Below are positions 9,623 to 19,214 of a stretch of 64,000 nucleotides of DNA, piece by piece. Made by a program: the position numbers and the translations under genes. Position 1 is the stretch's first letter. Each line of letters starts with the position of its first letter. The notes under the pieces were generated by a model, which had not been told where the DNA came from, did no database searches, and worked only from the letters and a program-made list of their open reading frames with translations. Source of the DNA: Candidatus Bathyarchaeota archaeon (GTDB taxonomy: Archaea > Thermoproteota > Bathyarchaeia > TCS64); assembly GCA_043826455.1 (NCBI GenBank), contig JBDRQD010000015.1, forward strand, positions 96,001 through 160,000. The letters run 5' to 3'.

Positions 9623-10519
9623 TCACTGTTTATCTTCCTGCTCCTTGGGCTGGAACTGGGACAAATACCGCTGAATGAGCTCAGGCTGCCTGAGCACCAT
9701 GTGGGCGTTGACCCTCACCATGTCTCCGTACATGGCGCCGACGCCGGGGTCAAGCTCCTCCATCCTCTTACGCCACTCTGTGCCCACAGCGGTGGACGCA
9801 GGGCAGTCCGGTCTACAGGGGAAGAAGTAGCCGAGGGGGTAGGCGTGGGGGTTGATGCTCTCTCCTCCTTTGGCGGCCTCGACAAGCTGGTTGGCCGCCC
9901 GGGCCTCCACGTTCACGCCCTTGGCCCGGTCCTCGGCGTACCTGTCCACGCAGCACTCGGGGTAGCCTAGGAGGCGGCCCGCCCTCTTGATCCAGCCGGG
10001 CTCAAACTCCTCTGGGTAGGCGAACTGGATGCCCCCCATCTTGGGGTCCGGCTTTCTCTGCACCTTATGCCTGAGCTTCTCCCGGTCTCTGAGGAGGCCC
10101 ACCAGCTCCCTCCTCACGGCTCTGTCCTTGAAGATGTATACCTCGTGGACTGTGGGGCGGACCTTTGATTGCTCCGACTTCAGGCCCAGCCTGTCCGTCC
10201 AAGAGTAGAGGGCCTTGTACTGGGGGGATCCCTCCACGTGCTCCTCGAAGCCCTTCTCTAGCATCTCCTTAAGGGCCCTGACGGCCATGAGCTTGGCGGC
10301 CGGCTCCGTGACGGTGGGCAGCTTCATCATGTGGGGCTGAACCTTCTCGTCTATGCGTTGCCCCATCTCTGCGCCCCCGGGAAACTCTGCCGGGATGGTC
10401 ACCTGGGAGACTCTCCGCAGCCCGAGGTGGGGTAGCAGGAGGGACTCCACCTTGACCCGGGGCAGCACGGCCCCCTCTTTGAGGAGCTCGTCGAGAAGCT
10501 GTCTGTCCAATTTCCTCAA
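9623..10519 (-). CDS. hypothetical protein with DUF483-like motif
   Basis: GRLLGYPECCV and FFPCRPDC cysteine motifs. Confidence 0.65.
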   Translation of the reverse strand: MRKLDRQLLDELLKEGAVLPRVKVESLLLPHLGLRRVSQVTIPAEFPGGAEMGQRIDEKVQPHMMKLPTVTEPAAKLMAVRALKEMLEKGFEEHVEGSPQYKALYSWTDRLGLKSEQSKVRPTVHEVYIFKDRAVRRELVGLLRDREKLRHKVQRKPDPKMGGIQFAYPEEFEPGWIKRAGRLLGYPECCVDRYAEDRAKGVNVEARAANQLVEAAKGGESINPHAYPLGYFFPCRPDCPASTAVGTEWRKRMEELDPGVGAMYGDMVRVNAHMVLRQPELIQRYLSQFQPKEQEDKQ

Positions 10520-10585
10520 ATATGGGTGACTGTGGAGCCTTTTAACCTCTACGAGAGAAAATGTAAAGAAAAATTTGGGGGGGTG

Positions 10586-11221
10586 TTACATCGGGATTAT
10601 CTTCAGGACTTGTAGGAAGAACTGAGCTCTTCCTGTGAGCATCGTGAACCTGAAGAGCACTGTGTTGCCGAAGTAGGCGCCGAGGCCGATCATGATGAAT
10701 AAACGACCTATCCTTGTTGGTGCCTGCAGGGCCCCTGTGTGCTCGTAGGTTAGCAGGAAGTACATTATGCTACTGATTAGGCCCACCGCTATGTATAGGA
10801 AGTTGACCCAGTCCATCATTGCTCCTGTGCTGGGCGCCCTGATCGTGCTGACGATGGCGTCCAGTATGCTGGGCTTGATGACTCCCCTCATGCCCAGGCC
10901 GAAGCCTGCGCCTACTAGAAGGGCGACGGGGTACCTGCTGACCCACCTGTACTCGGGAATAAGCATCGTGTAGATGAGGGCACCTATGACAAGGGGCACT
11001 ATCATCAGTATGTCTCCTCCCAGCAGCGGGGTTATGCAAATCCTCATCACGTTGGTGAAGTTGACCACCAGGTTGATGGCCAGGAATATGGCGATGAAGA
11101 TGTGCTCCGCGAACCTGTAGGTCACGTTCTCCTTGTAGAGCGGGTAGCTGTAGATCATCAGCATGAGCAGCCAGCCTGTCCACAGGCCGATTAAGCTGAA
11201 CAGTTCTGTTGGGTACGCCAT
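10586..11221 (-). CDS. polytopic membrane protein, subunit D of DUF6754-like operon copy 1
   Basis: About 6 hydrophobic helices; paralog of 33627-34346; start overlaps the upstream stop. Confidence 0.85.
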   Translation of the reverse strand: MAYPTELFSLIGLWTGWLLMLMIYSYPLYKENVTYRFAEHIFIAIFLAINLVVNFTNVMRICITPLLGGDILMIVPLVIGALIYTMLIPEYRWVSRYPVALLVGAGFGLGMRGVIKPSILDAIVSTIRAPSTGAMMDWVNFLYIAVGLISSIMYFLLTYEHTGALQAPTRIGRLFIMIGLGAYFGNTVLFRFTMLTGRAQFFLQVLKIIPM

Positions 11222-12057
11222 TACGCTTGCCTCCTTGAGACTAGGTATCCGACGTTAGCCAGTATGACGGCTAGCACGATAAGTATGTGGGATGCGTTGA
11301 TGCTGTCCATGGATGTGGTGGCCTCACCGGGCTCCCTTATGAGGACCTCGAGCTCGGCTCCGCCTCTGGACCCAATGCTGAGCCCAAAGTAGTTGCCGGC
11401 CAGGTAGTAGGGGTAGTCGGTTGAGCCGTTCATGGCGATGCCGATCTCGGCCAGCCGCGTGCCGTGGGCTCCCTGCCACTGCCTGAGGAAGTAAGCCCCG
11501 ACGTCACCTGTGTCGGAGCTCAGCACCACCGCGACATCCTGCCACCCGTGGAAGTCCCGCATCAGCGAGATCTCAGACACGGGAGTCCCGTAGTGGTCCT
11601 CAGGGTAGACGGTCCATGCGTCTGTTGCCAGCTGTGCTATGGCTGACTCTCCGCCTGTGAAGTAGCCTAGGAACACGTAGTCCACACCGTACTGCTTGGC
11701 TGCGAAGTCCGCCGCTGCGTCTGACCTCAGCTTGTTCATTGTTAGCTCCACATCATAGTGGGATCCCATGAAGACGATCCTGGCGCCTTCCCTGAACAAT
11801 GCCTTGGCGCACACGGCGAAGCCGGGGGCGCACTCACTCCATGCGCTCACACCGTAGCCGAAGTTCATGATCGCGATGTCTCCAGGCTCGATGTTGGCTC
11901 CTGTGATACCCTCATACAGGTCCCTTGTGTTCTGCACGACTTTAACGGGCAGCGCCAGGGGAAAGATGAAGGGAACACACAGGGTGATGAAGAGCACCCA
12001 GTAGAACACCCTTCTGTCGATGTTCTGCAGCTTGTCGAATATGTTCTGGCTGCTCAC
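11221..12057 (-). CDS. membrane-anchored alpha/beta protein, subunit C of operon copy 1
   Basis: N- and C-terminal TM helices around a soluble domain (QYGVDYVFLGY); paralog of 34343-35194. Confidence 0.85.
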   Translation of the reverse strand: MSSQNIFDKLQNIDRRVFYWVLFITLCVPFIFPLALPVKVVQNTRDLYEGITGANIEPGDIAIMNFGYGVSAWSECAPGFAVCAKALFREGARIVFMGSHYDVELTMNKLRSDAAADFAAKQYGVDYVFLGYFTGGESAIAQLATDAWTVYPEDHYGTPVSEISLMRDFHGWQDVAVVLSSDTGDVGAYFLRQWQGAHGTRLAEIGIAMNGSTDYPYYLAGNYFGLSIGSRGGAELEVLIREPGEATTSMDSINASHILIVLAVILANVGYLVSRRQA

Positions 12058-12707
12058 TACTCTTCACCTCCGGCGTAGAAGCCTCTCTCCTTACCCAGCA
12101 GGGCCCTGAAGCCGTAGGCGATCGTTCCTAGGGCGCCTACCACTCCGAAGACCCTCATTCCGGGCACCTGGCCGACGAACCTGAACCACTCTCCGATGGC
12201 AGGGATCCCGCTCCAGATGACCTCGCCGACTGGGGCGTTGCTCAGGATGACGAAGCACCCAGCTATGAGCATGAGGGCTGCGTCAACGTTCCTGGCGCGG
12301 AACGCCCTGTAGGCGGCTGAGAAGATGTAGAAGCCCGTGATGGCGTACGTCGTCGAACCTAGAGGCGTGTAGACGTTGTTGAACAGCCAGTTGTAGATGC
12401 TGTTGCTGGTGGCTACACCTGTGCCTAGGTATCCTGCGAGACCGGTGAAGAGCATGATGACGAACGCCACGAGGAACAGTGCACTGAACTGCCAGTTCGC
12501 TCTCCTTCTCTGGGTCCCCATGGTGTGCTGCATTATGAGCCTGACGCCACCCAGACCTAGGCTGATGTTGTAGATTATCACAGCCCAGTTCCTGATGGTT
12601 GAGGCCACGATCCAGTCCTGGGGGAAGAAGAAGTACTCGACGAACATGAGCACAGTGACTATCCCCGTTATCGCGAAGACCACTTCACGCTTAAATATCT
12701 GCGACAT
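12057..12707 (-). CDS. polytopic membrane protein, subunit B of operon copy 1
   Basis: About 6 TM helices, FYIFSAAYRAFR motif; paralog of 35191-35877. Confidence 0.85.
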   Translation of the reverse strand: MSQIFKREVVFAITGIVTVLMFVEYFFFPQDWIVASTIRNWAVIIYNISLGLGGVRLIMQHTMGTQRRRANWQFSALFLVAFVIMLFTGLAGYLGTGVATSNSIYNWLFNNVYTPLGSTTYAITGFYIFSAAYRAFRARNVDAALMLIAGCFVILSNAPVGEVIWSGIPAIGEWFRFVGQVPGMRVFGVVGALGTIAYGFRALLGKERGFYAGGEE

Positions 12708-12713
12708 TTTTCA

Positions 12714-13499
12714 TCACATCCTCAACAGGTCCGCTATGAAGTTTATATTAGCTGCTCCGAGCAGGAAGCCGACACCAGTGAGGGCCACGAGTAACAACTT
12801 GATTATGTCCTCGCCCTTGATTGAGCCAAGCACGTCCGGGTTTCCACTGATGGCTGCACCCGCGGCATACAGCTCCTCCGCGAGGAGCATGTAGTCGCAT
12901 GTGGCCACCAAGAAGGGCATCTGGTGTGTGTTGTTAGTTCCACCGATCTGCATAGCGCCGATGGTGTTACCGCCCTCAGCGATAATCACGGACTCATAGT
13001 AGAAACCACCCACCAGTATGGTGGAGGCGGGCCTCTCCCTCTGTAGATATCCAAGAGTGCCTGTCATGTACGCTGACTGGCCTGAGAAGAACCTGACGGA
13101 TTCGATATCGAACTCCTCAGGCTTGCCCTGGGACATGTAGGCTGTCCTCATGGTCTCCTCCACCAAGGGTAGCGCGTCTGGCAGTGGACATAGAGCCGCA
13201 ATCTTGACGCCTGCCTTCACACATTCTTCGGTCACGTACTCCAGGATGGAGATGGCGGCCAGAGTCTGTGGTCCCTGTGTAGAGTCGTTGAGGCCGCCTG
13301 CGATACCGGGCGTCCACATCACTGGCTGGCCCATCTCGGCGGCCCTTCCTACGGCCTCCGGGATGGCCTGTATGGCTGGTAGTGTTCGAATCTTGTATGT
13401 TTTTCCCTGTTTGCCCATGTACATGTAGTAGTACATTAAGGCGAAAGTTAGAATCAGCAGTATGAATGTCATTAATCGTCCTGTTACTATTATTGCCAT
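12714..13499 (-). CDS. DUF6754-like protein, subunit A of operon copy 1
   Basis: EAVGRAAEMG.PV and PFLVATCDY.L..EELYAAGA motifs. ATG at 13499 follows a purine-rich GGAAGG. Family name recalled from memory. Confidence 0.8.
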   Translation of the reverse strand: MAIIVTGRLMTFILLILTFALMYYYMYMGKQGKTYKIRTLPAIQAIPEAVGRAAEMGQPVMWTPGIAGGLNDSTQGPQTLAAISILEYVTEECVKAGVKIAALCPLPDALPLVEETMRTAYMSQGKPEEFDIESVRFFSGQSAYMTGTLGYLQRERPASTILVGGFYYESVIIAEGGNTIGAMQIGGTNNTHQMPFLVATCDYMLLAEELYAAGAAISGNPDVLGSIKGEDIIKLLLVALTGVGFLLGAANINFIADLLRM

Positions 13500-13635
13500 T
13501 GTTTTTCCTTCCGTTTTTCTTCGCCTATCCACCGGGCAGTTCGTAGTGTACTCTAAGCCGAGTCACTGTGACGCCGCCCAATGAATGATAGACTTGTGAA
13601 TTGATCACTATTCTGTATATATAATACTTTTTTCC
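13500..13635 (-). promoter_or_regulatory. BRE/TATA promoter and structured 5' leader of operon copy 1
   Basis: Minus strand reads GGAAAAAAGTATTATATATA at about 13635-13616, followed by nested complementary segments at 13523-13593. Confidence 0.6.
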
Positions 13636-13851
13636 AGTTATTGTGTTCCCTGATATTTTAGGGATAAGATTATACCTGTAATAATAAAAACTGTGGGCTT
13701 TTCATAACTTCTCTGACGTTTATGTTAGCTAAAAACCACGATCACGTGAGCCGGTCCTCTAGTTACTCTACTATAGTAAGAGTGATGTGTCTATATCTCG
13801 GATGCATCGAAAACAATCAATAAAAGCGTTTAGTTGAATCTTCACAGAATG

Positions 13852-14241
13852 CTAGAAGGGAAGAAATCTTCTCCAGCCTTTCTTTTCTTCTTTGGCTTTT
13901 GTTTCCACATCTTTCTCCCCCTCACTTCCTTCCCCTTTTCCTTCGTTGATAAGCCCCTTCTCTGACAGCTCCTCCAGCCTCTTGATGAGCTTCTCCAAGT
14001 TGTCGCGCTTCTGGAAGACCTTGAAGAACTTGTCCCCCTTGGTGTAGGCGCTGTCCCCGAAGAAGGGGAGGAAGGGCATGACGAACACTGAGCCTATCTG
14101 GCTGCCGATGAAGGCGAGGGGCTTACCGCTCTCCAGGAACAGGATGCCCGCTGTCTCGAGCCCGTACTTGTGGAACTCGCGGGCCGTCCACTCTATGACC
14201 CTGGCCTCCTCCTCGGGGGTGACCTCTTCATCCCAGAACAT
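13852..14241 (-). CDS. conserved hypothetical protein (accessory E, copy 1)
   Basis: Paralog of 32690-33130; ends in KGWRRFLPF. Confidence 0.8.
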   Translation of the reverse strand: MFWDEEVTPEEEARVIEWTAREFHKYGLETAGILFLESGKPLAFIGSQIGSVFVMPFLPFFGDSAYTKGDKFFKVFQKRDNLEKLIKRLEELSEKGLINEGKGEGSEGEKDVETKAKEEKKGWRRFLPF

Positions 14242-14281
14242 GTCCTACACTTGGCTATGACCATACAGAGGAGCCGGGTTT

Positions 14282-14710
14282 TTAAGAACTTGCCTGCCGG
14301 CGCCTCCTGAGGCGGGCCCTGACGGTCATGTAGCCTCCAAGTACTCCGCCGGCCGCGAAGCATATGAGGAGGGCCACCATGAGCCTGGCGTCCGGCATGG
14401 GGGCAAGGGTGAACATGATGAAGATGCCCATGACCCAGGAGACGGCGGCCAGCTTCAGCCCCACCAGCAGGTGCTTCTCGTCGGCCCGCTTACACACCTG
14501 TCTGGACGAGATGTAGCCCCCTAAGATGAATACCACCCAGCTGAACTCGGCGATGGCGGCCACTATCAGCTGATCCGTGCTCTTGATGAAGAGGGGTAGC
14601 GCCTGCATCCACACCCAGACGACGCCGTTGGCCAGCATGGCACCGGCTACGTAGTCGTTGATGTTTGGTTGCTTGGGCTTGGCGGGCTCCTGGGGCTGTG
14701 TCTGCTCCAT
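14282..14710 (-). CDS. four-TM membrane protein (accessory F, copy 1)
   Basis: Paralog of 33147-33572 (DY.AGA.LA.G.V). Confidence 0.75.
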   Translation of the reverse strand: MEQTQPQEPAKPKQPNINDYVAGAMLANGVVWVWMQALPLFIKSTDQLIVAAIAEFSWVVFILGGYISSRQVCKRADEKHLLVGLKLAAVSWVMGIFIMFTLAPMPDARLMVALLICFAAGGVLGGYMTVRARLRRRRQASS

Positions 14711-14784
14711 TCCTTCAAACTACGCGGCTCGCCCTCTTTAGTTTATTCGTTTAACTTAACTAGGTGTAAACTGATTCTTTTCTC

Positions 14785-17274
14785 ATGTCATCGAAAGGTG
14801 TTCTGTCACCCCACGAGCATCTCGGGTACCATGTCGGTACTGACAAGAAGCTGGCCGACTGGCCCGAGATCGTGGAGTACTTCATGAAGGTGGCTGAGTC
14901 CTCCCCCCGGGTCATTGTGGAGGAGGCAGGTAAGACCACGGAGGGAAACCCCTTCATCTACGCCACCGTGTCGTCCCCTGAGAACCTGGGGCGCCTGGAG
15001 GAGCTCAGACAGGTACAGCTCAGGCTGAGCAACCCAGAGGGGCTCACCGACGCAGAGGCCGCGGAGCTGGTGGAGAAGGGCAAGACGGTGGCTCTCATCA
15101 CCTGCAGCATCCACAGCACCGAGGTAGGGGGCAGCCAGATGAGCATGGAGCTCCTACACAGGCTGGCCACGGAGGACAGCCCCGAGGTAGCGGAGGTCCT
15201 GGAGAACGTCATATTCCTCTTCGTCCCCAGCCTGAACCCCGACGGCAACAGGCTGGTGGTGAACTGGTACAGGAGGTACCTGGACACCGAGCACGAGGGC
15301 ACCAATCCGCCTATGGTGTACCACAAGTATGCGGGTCACGACAACAACCGGGACTGGTACATGTTCACGCTGAAGGAGACGCAGCTCACCGTTGAGCACA
15401 TCCATAACAGGTGGCACCCCCAGATAGTGTACGACATCCACCAGATGGGCAGCAAGGGCCCCCGGTACTATGTGCCTCCCTTCACGGACCCCTACGAGCC
15501 CAACGTGGACCCAATCCTGACAAGCGGCGTCAACCTCATGGGCATCAGCATGGCTGACGCCCTGGCACGAGAAGGTAAGAGGGGTGTGGCCACCAACTGG
15601 GTGTTCGACGCCTGGACCCCGGCCCGCGCCTACCAGCACTACCATGGCGGCATAAGGATACTGAGTGAGGCCGCCAGCGTCAAGATCGCGACGCCCATAG
15701 AGATCAAGCCCGAGGAGCTGAAGCCGGAGAGGGGCTTCAACCCCAAGGAGGCCCGGTGGAACCACCCGCTCCCCTGGAAGGGGGGCAGATGGACCCTCAG
15801 AGACATCATCGAGTACGAGCTCACCTCGGCTTGGGCCTGCCTCCAGACCGCCGCCAAGTTCAGGAAGCGGTGGCTCAGGGGCACCCTGGACATGGGCAGG
15901 AGGGCCCTCAGCCCCGGGGGCGGCCCCTACGCCTTCGTGGTCTCGGCGAACCAGCGGGACCCAGGGGCCACGGCTGAGCTCCTGTGGGTCATGAGGATGG
16001 GGGACGTGGCCGTGCAAAGGGCCAGGGCGCCCTTCACGGCCGACGGCGTGGAGTACTCAGAGGGTAGCCACGTCATCCTGTACGCCCAGCCCTACGGGTG
16101 CTTCGCCAAGGCTCTCTTGGAGAAGCAGGTGTACCCGGACCTCAGGGACAGCCCCGAGATGCCGCCCGTGGTGCCCTACGACGTGACGGCCCACACCCTG
16201 AGCCTACAGATGGGTGTAGACGTCACCCAGGTGAACACCGCCTTCGAGGCGGACCTGGAGCCCGTGGACACGCCCGTGGTCCCCCCCGGCGAAGTACTCG
16301 GGAAGGGCCCCTACTACGTGTGGAGCCCGGTGCCCAACGCCGGATTCAAGGCGGCCAACAGGCTGCTGGCCGAGGGTTACAGCGTCAGCAGGAGCCTGGA
16401 CGAGGTGGAGCTGGACGACGTGGCGCTGAAGCCGGGGTCCTTCATCGTGGAGTCAGGTAAGGGCTTGGAGAAGCTGCTGGCAGAGATGGCCTCGGATCTG
16501 GGCCTGGACTTCCATGGCGTGGACAGGCCGCTCCCGGACACCTTCGAGCTGAGGAGGCCCCGGGTGGGCGTCTACCGTGCCTGGCTGCCCAACGCCGACG
16601 AGGGCTGGCTCAGGATGGTGCTGGAGGAGTACGGGTTCGAGTACGTGAACCTGTACCCTGAGGACGTGCGCACCGGCGGCTTATCCGATAAGGTGGATGT
16701 GCTGGTGTTCCCGGACCTAACCAGGGACATCGTGGTGGATGGGATGAAGGGGTACAGGGGCGCCGACCCCAAGACCTACGAGGAGAGGTACCGCCGGGGC
16801 GTCGAGGAGCAGGGCAACAAGGAGGTGCTCAGGTTCCTGGATGCCGGTGGCACCGTCATCACCCTGAACCGTGCCTGCGAGTACGCTGTGAAGGACCTGT
16901 ACGCCGGGGCCGAGCTGCCCCTCGCCGGCCTGGGCGAGAAAGAGTTCTACTGCCCGGGCAGCCTTCTCCGGGTGCTGGTGGACGACAGCCACCCTATCGG
17001 ATACGGGTACAGCCGCGAGGAGACCATAATGTTCCAGGACAGCCCAGCCTTCAACGTGAAGGAGGGCGTCGCCGTGGCGTGGTACCCTGAGACCGACCCC
17101 ACGGTGAGTGGGTGGCTGCTGGGGGAGAAGCATCTGCGGGGCAGGGCGGCGGTGGCGGAGATACCGGCGGGTAACGGCACCATCATCCTCATCGGGTGCT
17201 CGCCCCACTTCAGGAACCAGAATAGGGCCACATTCAAGCTGCTGTTCAACAGCATCTACTACGGGGTGGCATAG
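14785..17274 (+). CDS. M14 family zinc carboxypeptidase with C-terminal GATase-like domain
   Basis: IHSTE (HxxE), NPDG, DNNRD, DIHQMG; no signal peptide evident. Confidence 0.9.
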   Translation: MSSKGVLSPHEHLGYHVGTDKKLADWPEIVEYFMKVAESSPRVIVEEAGKTTEGNPFIYATVSSPENLGRLEELRQVQLRLSNPEGLTDAEAAELVEKGKTVALITCSIHSTEVGGSQMSMELLHRLATEDSPEVAEVLENVIFLFVPSLNPDGNRLVVNWYRRYLDTEHEGTNPPMVYHKYAGHDNNRDWYMFTLKETQLTVEHIHNRWHPQIVYDIHQMGSKGPRYYVPPFTDPYEPNVDPILTSGVNLMGISMADALAREGKRGVATNWVFDAWTPARAYQHYHGGIRILSEAASVKIATPIEIKPEELKPERGFNPKEARWNHPLPWKGGRWTLRDIIEYELTSAWACLQTAAKFRKRWLRGTLDMGRRALSPGGGPYAFVVSANQRDPGATAELLWVMRMGDVAVQRARAPFTADGVEYSEGSHVILYAQPYGCFAKALLEKQVYPDLRDSPEMPPVVPYDVTAHTLSLQMGVDVTQVNTAFEADLEPVDTPVVPPGEVLGKGPYYVWSPVPNAGFKAANRLLAEGYSVSRSLDEVELDDVALKPGSFIVESGKGLEKLLAEMASDLGLDFHGVDRPLPDTFELRRPRVGVYRAWLPNADEGWLRMVLEEYGFEYVNLYPEDVRTGGLSDKVDVLVFPDLTRDIVVDGMKGYRGADPKTYEERYRRGVEEQGNKEVLRFLDAGGTVITLNRACEYAVKDLYAGAELPLAGLGEKEFYCPGSLLRVLVDDSHPIGYGYSREETIMFQDSPAFNVKEGVAVAWYPETDPTVSGWLLGEKHLRGRAAVAEIPAGNGTIILIGCSPHFRNQNRATFKLLFNSIYYGVA

Positions 17275-17279
17275 TCCCA

Positions 17280-17630
17280 CTATTTCTTGCCGTAGGGGGT
17301 GGGGTACTCCCCCTGCTTCACCTTTATGCGTTCTACCTTGAAGACGACGGGGCGCTCCGAGTCCGGGCAGCTGAAGTACTTTATCTTGTCCATGTAGTCC
17401 CAGGGCTCGGTGACCTCTCGCTCCATGGCTGAGGTGAGGGGCAGTATGGCTGAGAAGGCGGCCAGGCAGACGCTGTCCGTCTCATCTAGGACCAGCCGGC
17501 CCGGGTTGCCCACTATGGTCATCCTGTCCCCGACCCTGTACATCTTGCATGGGCCAGTTACGTGGGTGGGCTCGCCGTCCAGGCTCCGTGGCTCCTGGAC
17601 ATCAACGACGGTGAAGACGACCTTGTACAT
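17280..17630 (-). CDS. TIGR04076-like small Cys protein
   Basis: GPC...VGD, CLAA and SCPD...VVFKVERI pattern. Confidence 0.65.
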   Translation of the reverse strand: MYKVVFTVVDVQEPRSLDGEPTHVTGPCKMYRVGDRMTIVGNPGRLVLDETDSVCLAAFSAILPLTSAMEREVTEPWDYMDKIKYFSCPDSERPVVFKVERIKVKQGEYPTPYGKK

Positions 17631-17776
17631 GGGGGATATTTCGCGGTGGCTGGATAAAAGGTCTAGCGGGTGTTAGGTCTGTTCTACTGTAGTCTATCTG
17701 TCTTTTTTTTGGGAGTATCAGTGTCTGCCGCTCTTCGTGGTACTGTGGCTGTACCTTGGGTGAAAAAAATTTGGGG

Positions 17777-19150
17777 TTATAGGTCGAACTTGATCAGGGT
17801 CTCGGTGAGGGTCTGCTCCAGCAGTGTCAGCCCCTCGTCGATCTGCTCCTTAGTGATGACCAGGGCCGGCATCATCCTCAGGATGCTGGTGTTCCAGCTG
17901 CTACCCACGATGAGGCCGTTCTTCTTAATCTTCTCCGTGAAGTACTGCATGGGGTTCTTCTCCGGATCCTTCTTGTCCTCCGGCGACAGCTCCTTGGGGG
18001 TGAGGCTCTCCTTGGTGTCCCTGTCCTTCACCAGCTCGACGCCCATGAAGAGGCCTAGGCCGCGGACGTCGCCAATGATGGGCACCCGCTCCATCATGCC
18101 GCGGAGCTCCCCCATCATGTATGCACCCATCTTGGCTGCCCTCTCTGCGAGTTTCTCCTTCTCATAGAGGTCGATGACGGCGAGGGCCGTGGCGCAGCTC
18201 ACCGCGTGTCCGCTGTAGGTGTAGCTGTGGGGGAACCCCTTCTCGTCGAAGTGGTCGGCCATCTTCTTGTTGATGATGCACGCGCCAAGGGGCACGTAGC
18301 CGCAGGTGATGCCCTTGGCGTAGGTCTCCACGTCGGGGACCACGCCCCAGTGCTCCGCGGCGAACATCTTGCCTGTGCGGGCGAAGCCCGTCATCACCTC
18401 GTCGAAGATCAGGAGCACACCCTTCTCGTCGCATATCTCCCGTATCCGCTTCCAGTAACCGTCTGGGGGCACCACCTGGCCCGCCCAGCTGCATATGGGC
18501 TCGGCCATGAAGGCCGCGACGGTGTTCTCACCCTCCTTCTCTATGGTGTACTTGAGGAACTCGGCGCAGAGGAGCTCGCACTCGGGGTACGTCTTCTTGT
18601 AGGGGCACCTGTAGCAGTAGGGGCTGGGTATGTGCTTGAACTCCTCGAAGATGCTGAGGCCCTTGAACTGGCGGTTACGTGCGGAGCCTCCTACGCTCAC
18701 CATGGCGTAGGTTGAGCCGTGGTACGCGTCCCAGAACCCTATGATCTTGGGGGCCTCCCTGTAAAGCTGAGCGAGCTTAATGGCCACCTCATTCGCTTCC
18801 GTCCCGCTGTTGCCGAAGAAGGTCTGGCACAGGTCACCCGGCGTGATCTGGGCCAGCTTCTTGGCCAGCCTGATCTGGGGCTCGTTGAAGTAGCTGGGGG
18901 ACGCGTAGGCCAGCTCGTCCAGCTGCTTCTTCGCTGCCTCTATGGGCACCCTGTTGCCCATGCCTATGTGGACGTTGTAGAGCTGGCTCATGAAGTCCAG
19001 GTACTTCATGCCGGCCGCGTCCCACATATATACGCCCTCCCCCTTGACCATCACCAGGGGCTTGTGTACGGTGGGTTCCCACCGCTGCACCAGGTAGGTC
19101 GAGGCGTCCTCCTGGAGCTGCTTGTCCTTCTTTTCTGAGAACTTAGTCAT
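17777..19150 (-). CDS. class III PLP-dependent aminotransferase
   Basis: [39 protein letters not shown]. Confidence 0.93.
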   Translation of the reverse strand: MTKFSEKKDKQLQEDASTYLVQRWEPTVHKPLVMVKGEGVYMWDAAGMKYLDFMSQLYNVHIGMGNRVPIEAAKKQLDELAYASPSYFNEPQIRLAKKLAQITPGDLCQTFFGNSGTEANEVAIKLAQLYREAPKIIGFWDAYHGSTYAMVSVGGSARNRQFKGLSIFEEFKHIPSPYCYRCPYKKTYPECELLCAEFLKYTIEKEGENTVAAFMAEPICSWAGQVVPPDGYWKRIREICDEKGVLLIFDEVMTGFARTGKMFAAEHWGVVPDVETYAKGITCGYVPLGACIINKKMADHFDEKGFPHSYTYSGHAVSCATALAVIDLYEKEKLAERAAKMGAYMMGELRGMMERVPIIGDVRGLGLFMGVELVKDRDTKESLTPKELSPEDKKDPEKNPMQYFTEKIKKNGLIVGSSWNTSILRMMPALVITKEQIDEGLTLLEQTLTETLIKFDL

Positions 19151-19214
19151 AGAACCACGGTTCTACTCAGCTTCTTTTCACCTAAATCATTAGTGGTTGG
19201 AGACGGTTGAGGGG

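Noticed and set aside
13500..13532. GTG-start extension of DUF6754-like copy 1
   Set aside because: It lies in the leader stem and RBS region; paralog similarity begins at MAIIVTGR.
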